IMG/VR virus record: IMGVR_UViG_3300014204_013734
Coordinates: 64,001-128,000 of that record
Source: a virus
Lineage: Duplodnaviria > Caudoviricetes
Length of the DNA: 64,000 nucleotides
Reading direction: 5' to 3' (one strand)
A model generated the notes under the pieces. It saw only the letters and a list, made by a program, of their open reading frames with translations. It did not search any database and was not told the DNA's origin. Below are positions 17,971-23,699 of this stretch, in pieces (within the stretch, counting starts at the first letter, position 1; every line of letters starts with the position of its first letter). A program made the position numbers and the translations under genes.

Positions 17971-18762
17971 TCAATGCAGAAAAGGTTTCCCAATCAAATC
18001 CGCCGGACCTTCCAGTTGGGGGACCTGATTGAAGTGGTTTTTCTTCAAGGCAGCCCGAACTTCTGTGATCACCTGGGAGGTTGGTTTTTCCAACCCGTCT
18101 GGCCGAAGCAGGGCATCCAGAAGGAATCGGGTCAAAGCCCCGTTTGGACGCTTCTTGAACACGGCATCCGCTGCGGTTTGGTCTGCCCGGCAACCTGAAA
18201 TCAAGGCAATGTTAGGGACATCCAAGGGATTCTTTTCCAACCCTTTGGATCGGACACCTTCAAAACGCCACCTGATGTCAAGCGGGGGAATGAGACGGCG
18301 CGGTTTGGACCCGCCAAATCCGGCCATGTCCCGGTCCAACCCTCCGCTGTGGCAGGAATCGGAAATCCACCATGCGGCAACACCAGGAGGGACCCGTTTG
18401 AAGATGGTGTTGAATTCCTTGTCCCGAATCATGTTGGAATCGGACCAATCAAAATTTTGACAACATACCACTTCGTCAAGTCCGTCAACTTCACCTTTCT
18501 TGTCCCGGGTCGGAACTTGAGCTCCATGTCCGCTGTACTGGAATAGGATGCGGTCACCAGGCTTCAACCCGTCAACAAGCCAGAAGAGTCGGTTCTTGAT
18601 TGTCGTAGCAGTGGCCCTGGAATCCGTCAAGAGACGGACAGCCGCCGGATCAAAGCCGCATTTCCCTGTGATGAACAACGCCATATCTTCAACATCGTTG
18701 AGACATCCGGCGAGCGGGGCTTCAGGATACGAATTTATTCCAACCAAGAGTGCCTTGTCCAT
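17971..18762 (-). CDS. metacaspase / caspase-family protease (peptidase C14)
   Basis: ALLVGINSY...LAGCLND, YSGHG (His), SDSCHSG (Cys), SGCRADQTAAD, GALT, QVPQL. Confidence 0.92.
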   Translation of the reverse strand: MDKALLVGINSYPEAPLAGCLNDVEDMALFITGKCGFDPAAVRLLTDSRATATTIKNRLFWLVDGLKPGDRILFQYSGHGAQVPTRDKKGEVDGLDEVVCCQNFDWSDSNMIRDKEFNTIFKRVPPGVAAWWISDSCHSGGLDRDMAGFGGSKPRRLIPPLDIRWRFEGVRSKGLEKNPLDVPNIALISGCRADQTAADAVFKKRPNGALTRFLLDALLRPDGLEKPTSQVITEVRAALKKNHFNQVPQLEGPADLIGKPFLH

Positions 18763-18822
18763 GGAAACCTCCTTTTACGGAGATGGGGTGATACATCCCA
18801 ATCCTGTAAAGGGGTTTCCATG
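18760..18822 (-). promoter_or_regulatory. hairpin occluding the metacaspase RBS and start codon
   Basis: mRNA CAUGGAAACCCCUUUAC pairs with GUAAAAGGAGGUUUCCAUG, which contains the SD and AUG. Confidence 0.7.
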
Positions 18823-18847
18823 AAAGGACAACCGGGGGATTGAAAAA

Positions 18848-18932
18848 TGGTGAAGGTGGGGGTGGTCGAAACCCCATGCCTTTCGGCAAAAGCTTTTGAG
18901 ACTTCCGCGTCTACCAGTTGCGCCACACCTTC
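18848..18932 (-). tRNA. tRNA-Leu(CAA)
   Basis: Anticodon loop CU-CAA-AA; variable arm GCC-GAAA-GGC; ends ACCA. Confidence 0.9.
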
Positions 18933-18939
18933 AGAAAAA

Positions 18940-19027
18940 TGGTGGACGGGGAGAGATTCGAACTCTCTCACCCACAAGGAGAACGGATTTACAGTCCGCT
19001 GCGCCTCACCATCTGCGCCGCCCGTCC
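18940..19027 (-). tRNA. tRNA-Tyr(GTA)
   Basis: GCGGA-CU-GUA-AA-UCCGU; long variable arm; ends ACCA. Confidence 0.92.
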
Positions 19028-19159
19028 ATGTATAGACTACCAGAATGGAATCCATCCCAAGCCGGAAAACCTTCGTTAGGAGAAATCTGGTGTACTAGGC
19101 CATCTTTGGAAAACCAATTTTCCGTTTATTGAACCCTTCCGATAAAAGGAGGTGTCCTT

Positions 19160-19837
19160 ATGATCCCACTGTTTACTCAAGAAGAATTTGATTCTGTGAA
19201 GTCCCGGCAAAAGTTACCCCTTCAATGTAAGCATTGTGGGAAAACCTTCCACAGAACCAAACATGATATTCAAATTGGTAACATAAGAAGAGGAACTATG
19301 GATTTTTGCAGCATTTCTTGTACATCCCGATATCATGCCGCTGGTCATCGTCTTAGTTTGACTTGTGAACAGTGTGGAAACCATTTCAGCAAGATTTTAT
19401 CTCAAGTCAAGGTAACAAAACATCATTTCTGTTCCAAATCCTGTGCGGCCAAGTATCGGAATTCTCACAAAACTACAGGTTTCCGTAGGTCAAAGTTAGA
19501 AGCTTGGTTGGAAACCCAACTAACATCCCTTCATCCTGAATTAGAATTTCATTTCAACAGGAAAGACACTATTGATTCCGAATTGGATATTTACATCCCT
19601 TCCCTTAAGTTGGCTTTTGAACTAAATGGGATTTTCCACTTTGAACCTATTTTTGGAACCCACAAGTTGAATCAAATCCAATCCAACGATCAAAGGAAAT
19701 TTTTGGCTTGCGCTGAAAGAGGAATCAGCCTTTGTATTTTGGATGTTTCTCACATCAAGTATTTTAAAGATAGGACTTCCAAACCCTTCCTTGACATTAT
19801 TGAACGTATTATTTCCCAAGTAAGGGCAGGACAGTAA
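19160..19837 (+). CDS. free-standing putative homing endonuclease (Zn-ribbon repeats + Vsr/DUF559-like PD-(D/E)XK domain), copy 1
   Basis: CKHCGK..FCSISC, CEQCG..FCSKSC, ELDIYIPSLKLAFELNGIFH, NDQRK..C...GI.L. Confidence 0.75.
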   Translation: MIPLFTQEEFDSVKSRQKLPLQCKHCGKTFHRTKHDIQIGNIRRGTMDFCSISCTSRYHAAGHRLSLTCEQCGNHFSKILSQVKVTKHHFCSKSCAAKYRNSHKTTGFRRSKLEAWLETQLTSLHPELEFHFNRKDTIDSELDIYIPSLKLAFELNGIFHFEPIFGTHKLNQIQSNDQRKFLACAERGISLCILDVSHIKYFKDRTSKPFLDIIERIISQVRAGQ

Positions 19838-19840
19838 AAA

Positions 19841-19916
19841 TGGTGCCTGAAGCTAGGATCGAACTAGCCACCTCGTGATTTTCAGTCACGCGCTCTACCA
19901 ACTGAGCTATCCAGGC
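19841..19916 (-). tRNA. tRNA-Phe(GAA)
   Basis: CGUGA-CU-GAA-AA-UCACG; ends ACCA. Confidence 0.93.
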
Positions 19917-19928
19917 ATTGTCCATTTT

Positions 19929-21005
19929 TCACTTCTTCCGTTTGACAGGTTTTTTGGCAGGTTTTTTGGTCCCTGATGTCTTGCCCTTAACCTGCTTCCG
20001 GGAAGATTCTTCAATGTGAAGGGCCTTGATTTTCGGTCCCAGTTCTTGAAGGATTTCTCTGGTCTTGCCTTCCTTTGTATAGGTTTCAGCAAGTGATGCC
20101 AACACCTTGTTCATTGGTCCGGTCGTGACGGGCATTGGGACGTCAAGAGTGACAGTCATCGTCTTCCCTTTCTTGTGTATCGTCAGACCTTCCAATTTCA
20201 CCGTTCCATCGCGGTCAAAGTGGTAAAGCATGGCCAAATCAAAGAAGCCCTCGGAGCCTTCCGCTCCGCCCGTTTGGCGAAGCCGATCTATCACCTTTGC
20301 CAGATTGTCTTTCAACCAGGATGCCGTTTCCGCATCAAGGTCTTCAAACTTCTGGCTTTTGTTGTAAGCTTCCATAACCGCATGGTGAATGTTTTTGGGA
20401 ACCCTTTCACCCCCATCTTGGTCGCCACTTCGTGCGGCTTCTCCCTCTTCTTTCCAACCCCCTTCTTCGTCCCTTTCCCCGTTGTCATAAAGGAAGGCTT
20501 CCCACAAGAAACGGTTGACCAAACCCATGAAATAGTCCCTGGGTGGAAAGTCCTTGAGGGCCTTAAATCCGCCAGATACATTGGATTCATCAAAATCCGC
20601 AATTTGTGTCCGTTTTTCAGGTGGAACCGCCCACGAAGTCTCGCTCCATTCCATATCGTCCAGATCACCCAAATAGTTCTGATAGTCCCGATCATTCAGC
20701 AGATCGTCCAGATCATCGTCCAGATCATTCTGATCAGTCTGCAAAGAATTATGTTGGTCTTCGGACGGAATAGGTTCCAGAATTGTGGGATGGGGACCCT
20801 TATCCGCATCCATGCCGAACGCTTTGAAAACCGCCTGCATTGTAGCCGGGTCTTCCTGATCACCCCAAAGGTTGCAAAGATCAATTTCGGTTGGGGTCTC
20901 CTGATCTTCTTTCGATTCTTGGGGTTCCTTTACAGGTTCAACTTTCTTCGGTTCCAGGTTGAAGTAGGAAACAACCCGATGCCAGATGTTCTTGATTTTG
21001 GTCAT
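19929..21005 (-). CDS. hypothetical protein (acidic core, basic C-terminal tail)
   Basis: 358-aa ORF with strong RBS AAAGGAGGT and upstream GGGGTATACT. Confidence 0.75.
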   Translation of the reverse strand: MTKIKNIWHRVVSYFNLEPKKVEPVKEPQESKEDQETPTEIDLCNLWGDQEDPATMQAVFKAFGMDADKGPHPTILEPIPSEDQHNSLQTDQNDLDDDLDDLLNDRDYQNYLGDLDDMEWSETSWAVPPEKRTQIADFDESNVSGGFKALKDFPPRDYFMGLVNRFLWEAFLYDNGERDEEGGWKEEGEAARSGDQDGGERVPKNIHHAVMEAYNKSQKFEDLDAETASWLKDNLAKVIDRLRQTGGAEGSEGFFDLAMLYHFDRDGTVKLEGLTIHKKGKTMTVTLDVPMPVTTGPMNKVLASLAETYTKEGKTREILQELGPKIKALHIEESSRKQVKGKTSGTKKPAKKPVKRKK

Positions 21006-21053
21006 AGTAGTGACCTCCTTTCCTGGAACAGTATACCCCGGAAACTAAAAAAC

Positions 21054-21128
21054 TGGCAGATGCCGGAGGAATCGGACCTCCCAGACCGTCGGATTTGGAG
21101 TCCAACGCGCTTTCCCAGAGCGGCATCC
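21054..21128 (-). tRNA. tRNA-Trp(CCA), atypical D/T arms
   Basis: GUUGGA-CU-CCA-AA-UCCGAC; acceptor GGAUGCC/GGCAUCU + GCCA; T-loop UCCGAUU. Confidence 0.8.
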
Positions 21129-21137
21129 GTGAAAAAT

Positions 21138-21160
21138 TGGCGGAAAAGGTGGGGATTGAA
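21138..21160 (-). pseudogene. 3' remnant of a tRNA (probably Ser-type)
   Basis: UUCAAUC-CCCAC-CUUUUCC-G-CCA (T-loop, T-stem 3' strand, acceptor 3' strand, G73, CCA); the 5' part is replaced by the endonuclease cassette. Confidence 0.7.
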
Positions 21161-21198
21161 TTTTTGATTTATGACTCCTTCCGATAGGAGGTGCCCCT

Positions 21199-21888
21199 AT
21201 GATTCCCTTGTTTACGCAAGAAGAATTTGAATCCACAAAATCCCGGCAATTACTGCCCCTGAGGTGTAAGCATTGTGGGAAAACTTTTCACAGCGAAAAA
21301 TGTGATATCCAAAGAGGACTTCTGAAACACAGTTCAAAAACCAAAGATTTTTGTAGTCTCTCCTGTTTGGGGGAACACCGATCCATAGGGCGTCGTCTTA
21401 GCTTGACTTGTGAACAGTGTGGAAAACCTGTCAGTAAAAGGCCATCTGAAATTAAGCAATCTAAGCATTATTTCTGTTCCAGTTCGTGTTCCGCAAAATA
21501 CCATAATTCCAGAAAACATACAGGTTACCGGAGATCAAAATTGGAAGTTTGGCTGGAAACCCAACTAATTTCCCTTCATCCTGATTTGGAAATCCATTTT
21601 AACCGAAAGGATACCATTAATTCCGAACTGGATATTTTTATCCCTTCCTTAAAACTGGCTTTTGAACTAAATGGAATCTTTCATTATGAACCCATCTTTG
21701 GAGCTAAACAATTTGGAAGAATTCAATCCAACGACAACCGGAAAATTCTTGCCTGTGCTGAAAAAGAAATTAGCCTTTGTATTTTGGATGTTTCTCACAT
21801 CAAGTATTTTAAAGATAGGACTTCTAAACCCTTCTTAGATATCATTGAACGGATTATTTCCCAAGCGATTAGCCCTGAAACCCCTTGA
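21199..21888 (+). CDS. free-standing putative homing endonuclease, copy 2
   Basis: Close paralogue of 19160-19837 (MIPLFTQEEF...ILDVSHIKYFKDRTSKPFLDIIERIISQ). Confidence 0.75.
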   Translation: MIPLFTQEEFESTKSRQLLPLRCKHCGKTFHSEKCDIQRGLLKHSSKTKDFCSLSCLGEHRSIGRRLSLTCEQCGKPVSKRPSEIKQSKHYFCSSSCSAKYHNSRKHTGYRRSKLEVWLETQLISLHPDLEIHFNRKDTINSELDIFIPSLKLAFELNGIFHYEPIFGAKQFGRIQSNDNRKILACAEKEISLCILDVSHIKYFKDRTSKPFLDIIERIISQAISPETP

Positions 21889-21946
21889 TAAGGGTTCTCA
21901 GGTTACCATCCGGTACCAACGTGGAGGTTGCTTAGGTTTGCCGGAT
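21860..21946 (-). ncRNA. HDV-like (theta-type) ribozyme 3, 3' of tRNA-Ser(GGA)
   Basis: P1 AUCCGG/CCGGAU, P2 CCUAAGC/GCUUGGG, P3 ACC/GGU, L3 UCCACGUU, GG, long P4, J4/2 GCUAAU. Confidence 0.85.
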
Positions 21947-22033
21947 CGGAAGGAGTGGGAATTCAACCCACGGACCCGAAAGGGTCACCCGCTTTCCAGA
22001 CGGGCGCGACGAAGCAGCATTCGCCTCCCTTCC
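21947..22033 (-). tRNA. tRNA-Ser(GGA), no encoded CCA
   Basis: CCCGU-CU-GGA-AA-GCGGG; long variable arm; acceptor GGAAGGG/UCCUUCC + G73. Confidence 0.85.
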
Positions 22034-22039
22034 ACAAAA

Positions 22040-22118
22040 TGGCGGGGCATGTTGCGGGTACTGCCCCCGCCCCTCCCCCAATCGCGAATCGGGGGCATGC
22101 TCTATACACTATCACCCC
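22040..22118 (-). ncRNA. non-canonical tRNA-like RNA with encoded CCA
   Basis: GGGG.../CCCC-G-CCA ends; D-like arm GUGU-AUAGA-GCAU; 7-bp arm CCCCCGA-UUCGCGA-UUGGGGG; T-like arm GCGGG-GGCAGUA-CCCGC. Confidence 0.6.
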
Positions 22119-22127
22119 ATAAAAGAT

Positions 22128-22214
22128 TGGTGCTGGAAGCCGAATTTGAATCGGCACGGACTTTCGTCCACAAGGTCCTTAGCCTTGCGCGGCTGCCAGT
22201 TACGCCATTCCAGC
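22128..22214 (-). tRNA. tRNA-Leu(AAG)
   Basis: CAAGG-CU-AAG-GA-CCUUG; variable arm GGAC-GAAA-GUCC; ends ACCA. Confidence 0.9.
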
Positions 22215-22222
22215 AAAAAAAT

Positions 22223-22307
22223 TGGCGGAAGAACAGGAAGTCGAATCCTGACAGGCATTGCCTGGACGGGTTAGCAACCCGCTCCGCTACCATTACGGCA
22301 TTCTTCC
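22223..22307 (-). tRNA. tRNA-Ser(GCT)
   Basis: GCGGG-UU-GCU-AA-CCCGU; long variable arm; ends GCCA. Confidence 0.92.
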
Positions 22308-22321
22308 ATTTTTGATTGTTT

Positions 22322-22394
22322 TCCAAGCGATTAGCCCTGTATAAGCTACAGGTTGACATCCGGCACTTCGTGAAAGTTGCTTGGGTCGTCGGAT
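22322..22394 (-). ncRNA. HDV-like (theta-type) ribozyme 4, 3' of tRNA-Leu(CAG)
   Basis: P1 AUCCGAC/GCCGGAU, P2 CCAAGC/GCUUGG, P3 ACU/AGU (covaries with ACC/GGU in the other copies), L3 UUCACGA, P4 CCUGUA..UACAGG, J4/2 GCUAAU. Confidence 0.85.
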
Positions 22395-22477
22395 TGGGAA
22401 CGGAGGGGGTCGAACCCTCACGGCTGTTAACCACTGGTTCCTGAAACCAGTGCGGCTCCCAGTTACGCCACGTTCCC
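22395..22477 (-). tRNA. tRNA-Leu(CAG), no encoded CCA
   Basis: Acceptor GGGAACG/CGUUCCC + A73; CUGGU-UU-CAG-GA-ACCAG. Confidence 0.9.
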
Positions 22478-22504
22478 GTAAAAAAACGTTGTTTCACTAT
22501 TCGG

Positions 22505-22517
22505 TTGTCAAAGAATC
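22505..22517 (-). promoter_or_regulatory. boxA-like antitermination site
   Basis: GATTCTTTGACAA about 27 nt before the first tRNA; resembles the rrn boxA (TGCTCTTTAACA). Confidence 0.55.
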
Positions 22518-22521
22518 CCGG

Positions 22522-22561
22522 AAAACTAAAAACCCCTCACGGCTTTCACCGGAGGGGTTTT
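22522..22561 (-). terminator. intrinsic terminator (attenuator) in the tRNA-array leader
   Basis: AAAACCCCUC-CGG-UGAAAG-CCG-U-GAGGGGUUUUU-AGUUUU. Confidence 0.85.
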
Positions 22562-22582
22562 CGTTGGGAGAAACATCATAGT

Positions 22583-22711
22583 TTACTGTTTCAACGTGAA
22601 CCCTCGGTGCCGGTTTAACGACCAGCTCGTAAGCTGGAAGGACAGATACAACCGGCCTGTAAAGGCCGTGTCTGTCAAACTGGCAGTAAAGGTAACTTCT
22701 AAATCGTCCAT
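22583..22711 (-). CDS. 42-aa leader peptide of the tRNA array (putative attenuator uORF)
   Basis: MDDLEVTFTASLTDTAFTGRLYLSFQLTSWSLNRHRGFTLKQ*; RBS GGAGG at 22717-22721; below the ORF-track cutoff; codons match the array anticodons. Confidence 0.85.
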   Translation of the reverse strand: MDDLEVTFTASLTDTAFTGRLYLSFQLTSWSLNRHRGFTLKQ

Positions 22712-22759
22712 GCGTTCCTCCAAAAACCCCTTACCCACATCTTTGTGGGTGACTCTTTC

Positions 22760-22788
22760 TTTTTACCCAGCTTCCTAAAAAATGTCAA
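22760..22788 (-). promoter_or_regulatory. sigma70-type promoter of the leader/tRNA array
   Basis: TTGACA - 17 nt - (GGG)TAAAAA, with an A/T-rich UP-like tract upstream. Confidence 0.7.
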
Positions 22789-22823
22789 GGAAAAAATTAA
22801 AAAAATTTCAAGATTCTCTAAAT

Positions 22824-22839
22824 CGGTGAAATCCTTATA
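22824..22839 (+). promoter_or_regulatory. conserved 16-mer CGGTGAAATCCTTATA (putative phage late promoter), copy 1
   Basis: Exact copy at 36432-36447; variant at 27116-27131. Confidence 0.6.
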
Positions 22840-22866
22840 ATCTTCCGCTTTGTGGAGGTATTTGAA

Positions 22867-23493
22867 ATGAAACAATCTTCGTTTGAAAAAGTAGCGTCCC
22901 GATGGTTGAAGAAGGCTTCAGCCCAAGAAGAACTTCAATGGGGGACTTCAAAGCTTGTAGAAGCCCTGGAAGCCATGGACGACACGATAACCGTGTGGAC
23001 GGCCCGAGGGCACAACCCGTCAGGGCGTGCCTATGAAGGGTATGAATCCCTAGTTGATACGTATGCTGAAATCAAAACGTCAGTCAAAGAAGTGTCCACT
23101 ATCGCAGCCCAACTGCGCCGCACTATCCAGGACCTCAAAAAAGTTCGGATCCAGAAAGTAGCTGTTCAACAAGGTTTTCAGATTGACAGAAAGACAAGAA
23201 ATGGGGTTTCCGACTGGTTTGCCAAAGTCGGTCTTGATGGCAACGGTTCATTCAAGAAACCGCAAGACGGTTACCGTAAGGCATTGGACACGCTTGAACA
23301 CTTTGGAATCGTGTTAGCAGATTCCGTTGATTCCTACAAATTCACTAGGGATGAAGGACGGATCACGGTAGACTTGGGGGTGCCCAACAAGAAACCGATG
23401 ATGCCTCCGATACCCGTTGACAATTCCATGCTTGTCCTGTCCTTTCACAAACGGTCGGAAGAAAATTTTGAAGTTCTGGCATACCTTTCATGA
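22867..23493 (+). CDS. hypothetical protein with KVASRW motif
   Basis: MKQSSFEKVASRWLKKAS...; RBS GGAGGT. Confidence 0.75.
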   Translation: MKQSSFEKVASRWLKKASAQEELQWGTSKLVEALEAMDDTITVWTARGHNPSGRAYEGYESLVDTYAEIKTSVKEVSTIAAQLRRTIQDLKKVRIQKVAVQQGFQIDRKTRNGVSDWFAKVGLDGNGSFKKPQDGYRKALDTLEHFGIVLADSVDSYKFTRDEGRITVDLGVPNKKPMMPPIPVDNSMLVLSFHKRSEENFEVLAYLS

Positions 23494-23699
23494 CAACCCT
23501 TGCCGACAGATTGATTGACGCCATAAACCGGCACCCCGAACTGGTCCAGTGGAAAAAGCAGTTGCTTGGAAGCTGTTGCCGGCGTAGGCAACCTGACTCC
23601 ATGGTCAGGAATAGGATTTCCGAATTCATCACCCGATGGCCCAAATGGCGTTCCGTCCTGGAACCCCTCCTCAAAGAACCAGAACTTCCAAAAACCTAA
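23490..23699 (+). CDS. small hypothetical protein
   Basis: ATGA overlap; two similar halves (LADRLI..INRHPEL / VRNRIS.FITRWPKW..LEPLLK). Confidence 0.6.
   Translation: MTTLADRLIDAINRHPELVQWKKQLLGSCCRRRQPDSMVRNRISEFITRWPKWRSVLEPLLKEPELPKT

Noticed and set aside
21138-21946. Group I intron or split tRNA containing the endonuclease
   Set aside because: The ORF is antisense to the tRNA, no matching 5' tRNA half lies on the far side, and no intron core is visible.
22040-22118. tmRNA
   Set aside because: It is only 79 nt, with no tag reading frame and no G3-U70 pair or A73; only the T-loop resembles tmRNA.
15143-22394. The four repeated ~70-85-nt elements as CRISPR repeats, att sites or MITEs
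   Set aside because: They have no regular spacing or terminal repeats; covarying pseudoknot pairing and position at tRNA base 73 fit HDV-like ribozymes.
22480-22760. T-box riboswitch as the leader mechanism
   Set aside because: No UGGNACC T-box bulge or stem I motifs were found; an SD-led uORF overlapping the antiterminator explains the layout better.
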